Of a DNA stretch of 64,000 nt, positions 48,191-58,099 are shown in pieces (the stretch's first letter is position 1; every line of letters begins with the position of its first letter). The DNA comes from an uncultured delta proteobacterium (GTDB lineage Bacteria > Myxococcota > Myxococcia > Myxococcales > Anaeromyxobacteraceae), in assembly GCA_963814585.1 (NCBI GenBank), contig CAWFDF010000003.1, positions 160,001 to 224,000 on the forward strand, given 5' to 3'. Under the pieces are notes generated by a model that did no database searches, was not told the origin of the DNA, and worked only from the letters and a program-made list of their open reading frames with translations. Position numbers and translations under genes: made by a program.

Positions 48191-50305
48191 ATGGTGCGCG
48201 CCATGCTCGCCGCCACCGCGCTGCTCCTCGCCCTCGCCGCCCCGGCCGCTGCCCCGGCGCCGCTTCCCGCCACCGCCGCCGCCGCCACCACCGTTCCTGC
48301 CCCGCTGCGCGCCGCGGCCGACCGGGCGGTGGTGGCGCTGCGGCAGCGCCACGGCGACGGGGAGCGGGCGCGCATCGAGCGCGGCGTCGCGCAGGCGGCC
48401 GCGGCCTGGCGTCCCTCCGACGGCGACGCCGCCGCCTTCGAGGCCCTCTGCGCCACGCAGTTCGCGCCCACCGGCCCCCCGCTCGACGCCCTGCTGGCCC
48501 GGCTCGAGGCCGCCCTGGAGCAGCTCGACGGCCACGCCGTGGAGGTGAACCGCGAGCTGGCGCGCTGGGCGGTGCTCGAGACCGGCCCGCTCCAGCCCGT
48601 CGACCCGCTGCTCTCGGCCTTCGACGCCGGCGCCCACGTCGTCGACGACCTCTTCGCCGGGAAGATCGCCTTCGTGGCCCTGCTCAACTTCCCGCTCACC
48701 ACGCTCTCCGAGCGGCTCGGGCCGGGGAGCGGCTGGAGCAGGCGGCAGTGGGCCGAGGCCCGCCTGGCGGGCCGCTTCGCCCGGCGCGTCCCGGCCGCGG
48801 TGAACCAGGAGATCGCCGCCGCCGCCTCGCGGGCCGACCTCTACGTGGCCGGCTACAACATCTACCCCCACCACCTGCTCGACGCCGATGGGCACCGGCT
48901 CTTCGAGAAGGGGCCGCGGCTCCTCTCCCACTGGAACCTGCGCGACGAGATCAAGGCCCAGTACGCCCGGCCCGGCGGGCTGGCGCGCCAGCGGGCGCTC
49001 CAGCAGGTGATGAGCCGCATCGTCGACCAGACCATCCCGCTGGCCGTCATCGACGACCCCTCCGCCGACTGGAACCCTTGGAGCAACGCGGTCCAGCCGG
49101 CCCCGGCCGCCGAGCTGGAGCGGGGCGCTCCGCGCGCCACGGTGGACGGGGCGCGGGAGCCGGACACCCGCTACGCCCGCCTGCTCGACGGCTTCCGGGC
49201 CGTGCGGGGCGCCGACCCGTACTCGCCCACGGCGCCGACCTTCATCGCCCGCAAGTTCGAGCTGGAGCGCGAGCTCCCCGAGGACCGCGTGGTGGCGCTG
49301 CTGGAGGAGGTGCTGGGCGCCCCCGAGGTGAAGCGGGTGGCGGCCCTGATCCGGCAGCGGCTGGGCCGGCCGCTCGAGCCCTTCGACGTCTGGTACGACG
49401 GCTTCCGGCCGCGCAGCCGCCACGCCGGGGCCGACCTCGACGCGCGGACCCGGGCCCGCTACCCGACCGCGGCCGCCTTCGCCGCCGACCTGCCGCGCAT
49501 CCTCGGCGCCCTCGGCTTCTCGCCGGACAAGGCCGCCTGGCTGGCGGCCCGCATCGAGGTCGACCCGGCCCGCGGATCGGGCCACGCCCTCGGCGCCGGC
49601 CGGCGCGGCGACCGGGCCCACCTGCGCACCCGGGTCGGCACGGCCGGCATGGACTACAAGGGGTTCAACATCGCCATCCACGAGCTGGGGCACAACGTCG
49701 AGCAGACCTTCTCGCTCCAGGAGGTCGACTCGACGCTGCTGCAGGGCGTCCCCAACACCGCCTTCACCGAGGCGGTGGCCTTCGTCTTCCAGTCCCGGGA
49801 TCTCCAGGTGCTCGGGCTCCCCGCCCCCAGCGCCGAGGACCGGCGGCTGCTGGCGCTCGACGACCTGTGGATGACCTGGGAGATCTCCGGGGTGGCGCTG
49901 GTCGACCTGGGCGTCTGGCGCTGGATGTACCGGCACCCGGAGGCCACGCCCGCGCAGCTTCGCGAGGAGACGCTCCGCCTGGCCCGGGAGGTCTGGAACC
50001 GCTGGTACGCCCCGGTGCTGGGCCCGCGCGACGCCACGCTGCTGGCCGCCTACTCCCACCTGGTCAACTCCTTCCTCTACCTGCCCGACTACCCGCTCGG
50101 CCACCTCATCGCGGCCCAGCTGGAGGCCCACCTCGCCACCCGGCCGCCGGGGTCGCTGGGCGCGGAGGTGGAGCGGGTGACCCGCTTCGGCGCGGTGGCG
50201 CCCGACCTGTGGATGAAGAACGCGGTCGGCCAGCCCATCTCGGCCCGGCCGCTCCTCGACGCCGCCGCCGCCGCCCTGGCGACCCTCGGGGAGGGCGCCC
50301 GGTGA
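48191..50305 (+). CDS. Exported hypothetical gluzincin-like metallopeptidase
   Basis: Signal peptide; IAIHELGHNVEQ (HExxH) plus downstream NTAFTEA; AYSH..YLPDYPLG, reminiscent of M2/M3 peptidases. Confidence 0.65.
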   Translation: MVRAMLAATALLLALAAPAAAPAPLPATAAAATTVPAPLRAAADRAVVALRQRHGDGERARIERGVAQAAAAWRPSDGDAAAFEALCATQFAPTGPPLDALLARLEAALEQLDGHAVEVNRELARWAVLETGPLQPVDPLLSAFDAGAHVVDDLFAGKIAFVALLNFPLTTLSERLGPGSGWSRRQWAEARLAGRFARRVPAAVNQEIAAAASRADLYVAGYNIYPHHLLDADGHRLFEKGPRLLSHWNLRDEIKAQYARPGGLARQRALQQVMSRIVDQTIPLAVIDDPSADWNPWSNAVQPAPAAELERGAPRATVDGAREPDTRYARLLDGFRAVRGADPYSPTAPTFIARKFELERELPEDRVVALLEEVLGAPEVKRVAALIRQRLGRPLEPFDVWYDGFRPRSRHAGADLDARTRARYPTAAAFAADLPRILGALGFSPDKAAWLAARIEVDPARGSGHALGAGRRGDRAHLRTRVGTAGMDYKGFNIAIHELGHNVEQTFSLQEVDSTLLQGVPNTAFTEAVAFVFQSRDLQVLGLPAPSAEDRRLLALDDLWMTWEISGVALVDLGVWRWMYRHPEATPAQLREETLRLAREVWNRWYAPVLGPRDATLLAAYSHLVNSFLYLPDYPLGHLIAAQLEAHLATRPPGSLGAEVERVTRFGAVAPDLWMKNAVGQPISARPLLDAAAAALATLGEGAR

Positions 50306-51468
50306 ACGAGCCGGTCGTCGAGATCACGCGGCGAGGCGCCGAGCGGCTGCAGAAGGGCCACCTCTGGATCTACCGCGGCGACCTGGCCAAGGCCCCGGGG
50401 GCCGCGGCGGGCGACGTGGTGGCGGTGGTGGACGGCCGGCGCCGGTTCCTCGCCAAGGCCTGGTACTCGGAGAAGTCGCAGATCGCCCTGCGCGTGGTGA
50501 CCCGCCAGGAGGAGGCCGTCGACGAGGCGTTCCTGGCGGCCCGCCTCGCCTCGGCCCTGGAGCACCGGCAGCGGACCTTCCCCGGCGAGACCGCCTGGCG
50601 GCTGGTCCACGGCGAGGCCGACCTGCTCCCCGGCCTGGTGGTGGATTGGTACGGCGACGTGGCGGTGATGCAGACGCTGGTGCCGGCCACCGAGCGGCGC
50701 AAGTCCCTGCTGGCCGAGCTGGTGGTGGCGGCCACCGGGGTCGCCACGGTGGTGGAGCGGAACGACGTGCGGGTGCGCGAGCTGGAAGGGCTGGTGCAGG
50801 TGAAGGGCGTGCTGCGTGGTCCGGAGCCGGCGCCCCTGGAGTACCGCGAGGGCGAGGTGAGGCTGCGCATCGACGTCCTCACCGGCCAGAAGACCGGGGC
50901 CTTCCTCGACCAGCGCGAGAACCACCTCCGCGCCGGCGAGTACGCCCGCGGCCGCTGCCTCGACTGCTTCAGCTACGCCGGTGGCTTCGCGCTGCAGCTG
51001 GCCCGGCGCGGCGAGCAGGTCACCGCCGTGGAGATGCAGCCCACCGCCTCGGCGCTGCTGCGCGCCAACGCCGAGCTCAACGGCACCACCAACCTGGAGC
51101 TGGTGGAGCTGAACGCCTTCGACTACCTGCGCGACCGCGCCGAGGAGCCGCCCGCGTTCGACACCGTGGTGCTCGATCCGCCCGCCTTCGCCAAGAACAA
51201 GGAGTCGCTGCCGGCCGCGCGGCGCGGCTACAAGGAGATCAACCTGCGCGCCTTCCAGGTGCTGAAGCCCGGCGGCATCCTGGTGACCGCCTCCTGCAGC
51301 TATCACATGTCGGAGGCCCTGCTGGAGGAGCTGGTGCTGGAGGCCGCCCGGGACGCCGGGCGCGACGTGCAGCTGCTGGAACGCCGGGGCGCCGGACGCG
51401 ATCACCCCGCGCTGATGGGCGTGCCCGAGACCAGGTACCTGAAGGTGCTCTTCCTCCGGGTGATCTGA
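50302..51468 (+). CDS. PUA-domain class I SAM-dependent rRNA methyltransferase (RlmI-like)
   Basis: GHLWIY, HGEADLLPGL, GQKTGAFLDQREN, FSYAGGF, LDPPAF, SCS, ETRYLK. Confidence 0.9.
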   Translation: MNEPVVEITRRGAERLQKGHLWIYRGDLAKAPGAAAGDVVAVVDGRRRFLAKAWYSEKSQIALRVVTRQEEAVDEAFLAARLASALEHRQRTFPGETAWRLVHGEADLLPGLVVDWYGDVAVMQTLVPATERRKSLLAELVVAATGVATVVERNDVRVRELEGLVQVKGVLRGPEPAPLEYREGEVRLRIDVLTGQKTGAFLDQRENHLRAGEYARGRCLDCFSYAGGFALQLARRGEQVTAVEMQPTASALLRANAELNGTTNLELVELNAFDYLRDRAEEPPAFDTVVLDPPAFAKNKESLPAARRGYKEINLRAFQVLKPGGILVTASCSYHMSEALLEELVLEAARDAGRDVQLLERRGAGRDHPALMGVPETRYLKVLFLRVI

Positions 51469-51564
51469 GCGCGCCACCGGCCGCGACGGCCCCGGCCGGT
51501 GCTTCCTCGCGCCGGGGACCCGGGGGTACGATGGCCCTCCTCCGTTCCCGGGAGCGTGGCGGCG

Positions 51565-53721
51565 ATGTTCTTGCGCAGGAGCGACCTCGAAGCCCGACAG
51601 CGGGCGGTGCTCGACGCCGCGCCGATCCTCTCGCGGCTCGAGCCCGCCGAGCGCGACGTGCTGCTCGAGCGCTTCGACTACCTCCGCCAGGCGGCGCGGG
51701 TCTGCATCCACGGCGACGACGACGCCGGGCGCCACCTCTACCTGGTGGTCGAGGGGCAGGCGGTCTGGCGGCGCGAGCAGCTGGCGGTGCGCCACCTCGG
51801 CCCCGGAGATCACTTCGGCGAGCTGGCGCCGCTGGGCGAGCGCCACCTCGGCGAGCAGGTGACCAGCGAGACGCCGCTCCTGCTGGCTCGGCTCTCGCCG
51901 GAGCAGTTCGCCGCCCTGGAGCGCGAGGCGCCGGCGGTGGCGCTCAAGCTGGCGCTGGCCGCCGCCGACGTGCTGGGGCGGGAGCTGGCGCGGCTGGCCG
52001 GCGACGCCGCCACCGGGCTGCGGGGCCGCTCGGCGCCGCGCGCCAGCACCATCCGCGTCGCCATGCTCGACGACGTCCGCGAGGTGCCGACCGGGACCCG
52101 GCTGCGCAGCATCCTCCCGGCGCGCCACCAGGGGGCGCTGGTGGTGGCCGGCCTCCTCAACTCGCGCCCGGTCTCCCTGCTCACCCCGGTCCACACCGAC
52201 AGCTCCTTGGCCCCGCTCACCGTCGCCCACTGGGAGGGGCGGCAGATCTACGCCCACTCGGTCGGGCTGCTGCTGCTGGAGGCGGCCCTGGCCGAGGCGC
52301 CGCTGCTGCGGGTCCGGATGGGAGCCTCGCGCGGGCTGATCCAGGTGGTGCAGCTCGAGGCGGACGGGCCGGGCGCGCCGGCCGGCCACCTGACGGCCGA
52401 CCTGGCACCCCGGCTCCTCGCCGCCATGCGCGCCCACGCCGCCACCGACGCGCCGTTCCGGGTGGAGTTCTGGGCCACCGACGAGGCGCGCGCCTGGTTC
52501 CGCGAGCACGCCTGGGACGACGCCGCCGAGCTGCTGCGGCTGCGCCGCCAGTCGACCGTCCCGCTGGTCTCGTGCGGCCAGTGCTACGCCCTCTCGATGG
52601 GACCGCTGGTCCCCTCCACCGGCCTGCTCACCGGCTTCAGCCTGGAGCCACACCCCGAGGGGCTGGCGCTCGGCCTCGGCCCCGAGGATCCGCGCAGCCA
52701 GGGCCGCGCCCCGCCGCCGGCCCGGGCCGACCGCGACGGCGGGATGGTGCGGGAGCACCAGCGCTGGCTGCGCTCGCTCGAGCTGCGGAGCGTCGGCGCC
52801 TTCTCCGAGCGCTGCATCGACGGGCGCGTCTCGCAAATCATCCGGGTCGCCGAGGGGTTCCACGAGAAGCAGATCGGCCGCATCGCCGACCAGGTCGCGG
52901 CGGCGCGGGAGCGGATCCGCGTCATCTCCATCGCCGGCCCGTCCTCCTCGGGCAAGACCACCTTCATCAAGCGGCTCACCGTCCAGCTCCAGATCGACGG
53001 CGTCAACCCGGTGGCCTTCTCGCTGGACGACTACTACGTCGACCGGGACAGGAACCCGCGCGATCACCTGGGCGAGTGGGACTTCGAGGCGGTCGAGGCG
53101 CTCGACCTCCCCCTGCTCCAGGATCACGTCCGGCGGCTGCTGGCGGGGGAGGCCGTCCGCACCCCCCACTACGACTTCACGACCGGCCGCTCCCACCCCG
53201 CCGGCGGCCCCGAGCTGCAGCTCCGCCGCGGCGACCTGCTGATGCTGGAGGGGATCCACGGGCTCAACCCGCGCCTGCTCGACGGCTTGCTGGGACCGGG
53301 CGAGCACTTCCGCGTCTTCGTCCACCCCGCCACCACCCTCCCCTTCGACCGGCTGACCCGGGTGAGCGCCACCGACCTGCGCCTGCTGCGGCGCATCGTC
53401 CGCGACCGCCACCAGCGCGGCTCCCGCGCCGCCGAGAACATCGTCCGCTGGCCGGCGGTCCAGGCCGGCGAGCGCGAGCACATCTTCCCGTTCCAGGGCG
53501 AGGCCGACGTGGTGTTCGACTCCTCGCTGGTCTACGAGCCGGCGGTGCTCAAGATCTACGCCGAGCGCTACCTGCTCGAGGTGCCGCCCGATCACGCCGC
53601 CTTCCCGACGGCGCACCGGCTGCGCCACCTGGTCGACCGGTTCGTCTCCATCCACCCCGATCACGTGCCCCCCACCTCCCTGCTGCGCGAGTTCATCGGC
53701 GGCAGCGGGTTCGAGTACTAG
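51565..53721 (+). CDS. cNMP-binding domain + ThrRS-N/TGS-like region + uridine/nucleoside kinase fusion
   Basis: N-terminal HLYLVVEG..GDHFGEL; C-terminal P-loop AGPSSSGKTT, SLDDYY, EGIHGLNP, RLLRRIVRD, SLLREFIGGS. Confidence 0.8.
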   Translation: MFLRRSDLEARQRAVLDAAPILSRLEPAERDVLLERFDYLRQAARVCIHGDDDAGRHLYLVVEGQAVWRREQLAVRHLGPGDHFGELAPLGERHLGEQVTSETPLLLARLSPEQFAALEREAPAVALKLALAAADVLGRELARLAGDAATGLRGRSAPRASTIRVAMLDDVREVPTGTRLRSILPARHQGALVVAGLLNSRPVSLLTPVHTDSSLAPLTVAHWEGRQIYAHSVGLLLLEAALAEAPLLRVRMGASRGLIQVVQLEADGPGAPAGHLTADLAPRLLAAMRAHAATDAPFRVEFWATDEARAWFREHAWDDAAELLRLRRQSTVPLVSCGQCYALSMGPLVPSTGLLTGFSLEPHPEGLALGLGPEDPRSQGRAPPPARADRDGGMVREHQRWLRSLELRSVGAFSERCIDGRVSQIIRVAEGFHEKQIGRIADQVAAARERIRVISIAGPSSSGKTTFIKRLTVQLQIDGVNPVAFSLDDYYVDRDRNPRDHLGEWDFEAVEALDLPLLQDHVRRLLAGEAVRTPHYDFTTGRSHPAGGPELQLRRGDLLMLEGIHGLNPRLLDGLLGPGEHFRVFVHPATTLPFDRLTRVSATDLRLLRRIVRDRHQRGSRAAENIVRWPAVQAGEREHIFPFQGEADVVFDSSLVYEPAVLKIYAERYLLEVPPDHAAFPTAHRLRHLVDRFVSIHPDHVPPTSLLREFIGGSGFEY

Positions 53722-53728
53722 CAGGCCC

Positions 53729-55384
53729 ATGCGGCTCTTCCGAAAGCGCGCCGGCGAGGGCGAGACCGAGCGGCGCCTGCGGGCGCTGGTTGGCCAGGCG
53801 CCCAGCATCTTCTTCGTCCTCGATCTCGACGGCCGGGTGGTGATGGCCGAGGGGCGTCTGCTGCGGGCCCTGGGGCGGCGCGCCGCGCCCGGGGTGGGGC
53901 GCACCATCGCCGAGCTCTTCCCCGACGCCACCTGGGTGCAGGAGGCCGTCCAGCGCGCCATCAGCGGGCGCACCGGGTCGGCCCGTGGACCGATCGGCGA
54001 CCGGTACTACGAGGGGCGCTTCGCGCCGGTGCGGGACGAACAGGGGCGGCTGCTCGAGATCGTGGGGCTGGCCTCGGACACCACCGAGCTGCACGAGGCC
54101 GAGGAGCGGCTGCGGCGGCAGGCCTTCCGGCTGGAGGCACAGGCCGAGGCGTCGCGTGCCTTCACCAGCGGCCTCGACGAGGGCGCCACGCTGGAGACGG
54201 TGGCCCGGAGGCTCTCCGAGCTGATCGGCGACGGCTCGCTGATCCGACTGGTCTCGCCCGACGGCCGCATGCTGGTCCCGGCGGCGCTCCATCACCCCGA
54301 CCCGGCCCGCCGGGCGCTGCGCCAGGAGGTGCTCCAGCTGGCCCCCCAGCGCATCGACGAGGGGATCACGGCGCGGGTGCTGGCCACCGGGGAGACGCTG
54401 CGCATCCCCGAGATGACCCGGGAGTACGTCCACGCCAACATGAAGCCGCAGTACTGGCCCTACCTCGAGGGCTCCACCTCGATGCTGATCGCCCCGCTGG
54501 CCCGGCGCGGGCAGGTCTTCGGCCACATCACGCTCACCCGCGATCGGGGTGGCCCGGCCTACACGCGCGAGGACGAGACCCTGCTCGACGACCTGGCCCA
54601 CCGCGCCGCCCAGGCCATCGAGAACGCCCGGCTCTACGGCCAGGCACAGGCCGCGGTGGTGGCGCGGGACGAGTTCCTCTCCATCGCCTCGCACGAGCTG
54701 CGCACGCCGCTCACCTCGCTGCGGCTGGCGCTGGAGAACCTGCGCCGGGTGGCGGGCCGCGAGGGGCTGACCGGCGCCGCGGGGAGCTCCGTCGACCGGG
54801 TCCTGACCGCCTCGGAGCGGGCTGGCCAGCGGCTGGAGAAGCTGGTGGAGGCGCTGCTCGACGTCTCGCGCATCCACATGGGCCGGCTCGAGCTGGAGGT
54901 CGCCGAGGTGGAGCTGGGGGCGGTGGTGGCCGAGGCGGCCGCCGAGCTGGCCGACGAGCTGGCGCAGGCCGGCTCCCTCCTCGACGTCCGCGGCGAGCCC
55001 GTGGTGGGGCGCTGGGACCCGCTGCGGCTCGGGCAGGTGGTGGTCAACCTGCTGGCCAACGCCGCCAAGTACGGCGCCGGCAAGCCGGTGGAGATCCGCT
55101 ACGGCGCGCGCGGGGACCGCGTCTTCCTGCAGGTGCGCGATCGCGGCATCGGCGTGGCCGAGATCGACCAGCACCACATCTTCGAGCGGTTCGAGCGGGC
55201 GGTGTCGAGCCAGAACTACGGCGGGCTGGGGCTGGGGCTGTACATCGTGAGGCGGATCATCGAGGCCCACGGCGGGTCGATCCGGGTCGAGAGCACGCAG
55301 GGCGCCGGAGCCACCTTCCTGGTCGAGCTCCCTCGCCAGCCGGCCGCGCCGGTGCCGCCGCCCGAGCCGGCCGGCGAGCCCTGA
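53729..55384 (+). CDS. Cytoplasmic PAS-GAF sensor histidine kinase
   Basis: PAS-like N-terminus, GAF, ASHELRTPL (H box), NLLANAAKY, DRGIG, GLGLGL. Confidence 0.92.
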   Translation: MRLFRKRAGEGETERRLRALVGQAPSIFFVLDLDGRVVMAEGRLLRALGRRAAPGVGRTIAELFPDATWVQEAVQRAISGRTGSARGPIGDRYYEGRFAPVRDEQGRLLEIVGLASDTTELHEAEERLRRQAFRLEAQAEASRAFTSGLDEGATLETVARRLSELIGDGSLIRLVSPDGRMLVPAALHHPDPARRALRQEVLQLAPQRIDEGITARVLATGETLRIPEMTREYVHANMKPQYWPYLEGSTSMLIAPLARRGQVFGHITLTRDRGGPAYTREDETLLDDLAHRAAQAIENARLYGQAQAAVVARDEFLSIASHELRTPLTSLRLALENLRRVAGREGLTGAAGSSVDRVLTASERAGQRLEKLVEALLDVSRIHMGRLELEVAEVELGAVVAEAAAELADELAQAGSLLDVRGEPVVGRWDPLRLGQVVVNLLANAAKYGAGKPVEIRYGARGDRVFLQVRDRGIGVAEIDQHHIFERFERAVSSQNYGGLGLGLYIVRRIIEAHGGSIRVESTQGAGATFLVELPRQPAAPVPPPEPAGEP

Positions 55385-55435
55385 TCCGCCGGCAGGGACC
55401 CCCGGTCCCGGAGGCCCGGGCCAGCGGCGGCCCGG

Positions 55436-56460
55436 TCAGGAGTCGAGGAACCCGGCCGCCGGGAACAGCAGGACGTCGGCGATCCCGGTCGCGCCGGTCA
55501 GGAGCATCAGCAACCGATCGAAGCCGACCGCCACGCCACCGGCGTCCGGCATCCGCGCCAGCGCGGCCAGGAAGGCCTCGTCGAGCGGCAGCACCGGCCG
55601 CCCGAGCCGCCGGCGCTGCGCCTGCTCCTCGACGAGGCGCGCCCGCTGCTCCACCGGGTCGTTCAGCTCGGTGAAGCCGTTGGCCAGCTCCAGCCCGCCG
55701 GCGTAGAGCTCGAACCGCTCGGCCCAGCGCGGGTCGCCGGCCTTCAGCTTGGAGAGCGCCGCCATCGAGGCCGGCCACTCGACCAGGAAGGTGGGGCGGG
55801 CGACGCCGAGCCTCGGCTCCACCGCCGAGAGCATGAGCCGGAAGAAGGCGTCCTCGAACGGCTCGCCCGCCGGCCCGGCGTCGAGCCCCGCGGCCCGGGC
55901 GGCGGCGCGGAGCCGGCCGCCGTCGTTCCGGCAGTCCGCGAGGTCGACGCCGGCGTGGCGGGCGAAGGCTTCCTGCACCGTGAGCCGCTCGAACGGGGCG
56001 GACAGGTCGACTCGCCTTCCCCCCGCTCGACGTGCGGCGGCCGGCCTGGCCGGAGCGCCCGCGCCGCCGCCTCGACGAGCCGCTCCAGGTCGGCCATGAT
56101 CCCACCGTAGTCGGTCCCCGCCCGGTAGAACTCGAGCATGGTGAACTCCGGGTTGTGCGCGGCGGAGAGCTCGCCGTCGCGGAAGACGCGGGAGAGCTGG
56201 AAGATCCGCGCGAAGCCGTCCGCCAGCAGCCGCTTCATGGCGTACTCGGGGCTGGTGATGAGCCAGAGCGGCCGCGGCGCGCCGCCCCCCTCGGGGTGGA
56301 ACACGGCCTCGAAGGGAGCGAGGTGCGGCTCCATCCCCGGCGCCGGCACCAGCGTCGGCGTCTCCACCTCCTGGTAGCCGAGGTCGCCGAGGACGCGGCG
56401 GGTCTCGGCGGCCAGCCGGGCGCGGGCGCGGGCCATCTCCTGCCGGTTCGGTGCGTTCAC
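55436..56460 (-). CDS. epmA: EF-P lysine aminoacylase (EpmA/GenX/PoxA); apparent 1-nt frameshift in a homopolymer near 56020
   Basis: EVETP, TSPEYAMKRLL, FRDGE..HNPEFTMLEFY, ERFELY, ELANGFTELND, GVAVGFDRL. One extra G in the minus-strand G6 run joins the frames. Confidence 0.9.
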
Positions 56461-56506
56461 GGGGCCGAGTGTAGCCGGTCGCGCGGCGGTGTAGCATGCG
56501 GCCGCC

Positions 56507-58087
56507 GTGAGACCTCCCATCGCCGGCCTCCTGCTGCTCGCCGCCTGCGCCCACGCCCCGCCGGCGAGCGGCCCCCCGCCGGGACCGTCCGCGGCCAGCG
56601 CTCCCGGCGCTGGCTCGGCGACGCCGGCGTCCCCTGCCCCGGCCGCCACCGATCGCTTCAGCCCCCTCCGCGAGGCGGGCGAGGAGCTGCTCCGGGCGCA
56701 GGGCGAGGCGACCTGGCGTGGCTGGACCAGCGGAGAGCCGGCCGACCAGGCCGCGCTCTGGAAGGGGCGCGAGGCGCTGCTGGATCCAGCCGTGCCCGGC
56801 CAGCTCGGCGAGGCCATGGCGACCGCCCCGGACCCCGAGCGCGGCCGGCTGGAGCGTCTCCGCGCCTTCCTGCTGGGGGAGCAGCTGGCCCGCGCCACGG
56901 CGGCCCAGACCCAGGCGCTGGCGGCGGCCCGGGCGGCCTCCAGCTTCAGCTGGGAGAAGCGGAGCATCCCGCTCCGGCAGCTCCACGCCCTCCTGGCCGG
57001 CGAGCCGGAGGCGCCGCGCCGCAGGGCCGCCGCCGAGGCGTGGAGGGCCTCGGTCCTCAAGCTCGAGAGGCTGACCGCGGCGCGCGACGACGCCCTGCGC
57101 CGCGCCGGCGCCGAGCGGGGCTTCCCCACCACGCTCGCCCTGGCTGGCGCGCTCCGCCTCGAGGATCCCCGGGCCCTGGGGACGCTGGCCGAGGCCACGC
57201 TGGCCGCGGGCGACTCCACCTGGCCGGCGACGCTCGACGCCCTGGCTCGCTCCGAGCTCGGCTCGAGCGCCTCGCGGATCCGCGAGCAGGACCTGCCTCG
57301 CCTCTTCCGCACCACCGCCGCGCCGGCGTCCTTTCCGGCGGAGCGGCTGATCGCCGACGTGTCCGCGCTGCTCTCCGGCCTGGGCCTCGAGCTCTCCGCC
57401 GGCGGCCGGCTCACCGTCGACGAGGCCCCACGCCCGGGCAAGCTGCCCCGGCCGCTGGCGGTGCCGGTGGAGGTGCCGGGCCAGGTCCGCCTCTCGCTGG
57501 TTCCCCTGGCGGGCCTCGACGCCATGCGCTCGGTCCTCCACGAGGTCGGCGCCGGCCTCTCGCTCGCGCTGGTCGCCCCGGCCGCCTCCTTCGAGGATCG
57601 GCGGCTGCCGCCGGCGTGGCTGACCGAGGCCTGGGGGCTCCTCTTCGCGGGAGTCGCCTCGGATCCCGACTGGCTCCAGGCGCACGGCCTCACCGCCGAG
57701 GCGGCCACGCGCGAGGCGAGCCTGGAGGCCGGCCGCCGCACCCAGGCGACCCGCGCCGCGGCGGCCACCGTGCTGATCGAGCTGGACCGGGCCCGGGATC
57801 CGGCCGGCGCCGCGGCCCGATGGGCCGCGCTGGGGCCGCGCGCGCTCGGCCACCCCATCGACCGGGGCGACCCGCCCCCCTGGCGGCTGGAGCCCGATCC
57901 GCTCCTGCGGGCCGCCGACGCGCTGCGCGCCCACCTGCTCGCCGGCCAGCTCTCGGCCAGGCTGGCCGCCCTGGCCGGCGAACGGGCCTGGTGGCGCTCG
58001 CCCGCGGCTGGCGACTGGCTGCGCCGGGCCTGGTCCGAGGGCGGCGGATGGGACTGGCACGCGGCCGACCCGGCCGCTTCACGGTAG
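56507..58087 (+). CDS. Hypothetical lipoprotein, M3-peptidase-like fold with degenerate zinc motif
   Basis: Lipobox LAAC; RPGKLPRP..VPGQVRLS, LHEVGA (HExxA), LTEAWG. Confidence 0.55.
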   Translation: MRPPIAGLLLLAACAHAPPASGPPPGPSAASAPGAGSATPASPAPAATDRFSPLREAGEELLRAQGEATWRGWTSGEPADQAALWKGREALLDPAVPGQLGEAMATAPDPERGRLERLRAFLLGEQLARATAAQTQALAAARAASSFSWEKRSIPLRQLHALLAGEPEAPRRRAAAEAWRASVLKLERLTAARDDALRRAGAERGFPTTLALAGALRLEDPRALGTLAEATLAAGDSTWPATLDALARSELGSSASRIREQDLPRLFRTTAAPASFPAERLIADVSALLSGLGLELSAGGRLTVDEAPRPGKLPRPLAVPVEVPGQVRLSLVPLAGLDAMRSVLHEVGAGLSLALVAPAASFEDRRLPPAWLTEAWGLLFAGVASDPDWLQAHGLTAEAATREASLEAGRRTQATRAAAATVLIELDRARDPAGAAARWAALGPRALGHPIDRGDPPPWRLEPDPLLRAADALRAHLLAGQLSARLAALAGERAWWRSPAAGDWLRRAWSEGGGWDWHAADPAASR

Positions 58088-58099
58088 CATCGCCAGATC

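Noticed and set aside
55436..56460. Programmed frameshift or inactivation of epmA
   Set aside because: The break is a single missing base in a G/C homopolymer. Similar single indels occur in the GT-C (~34075), MFS (~38940) and kinase (~59370) genes, so sequencing error is simpler.
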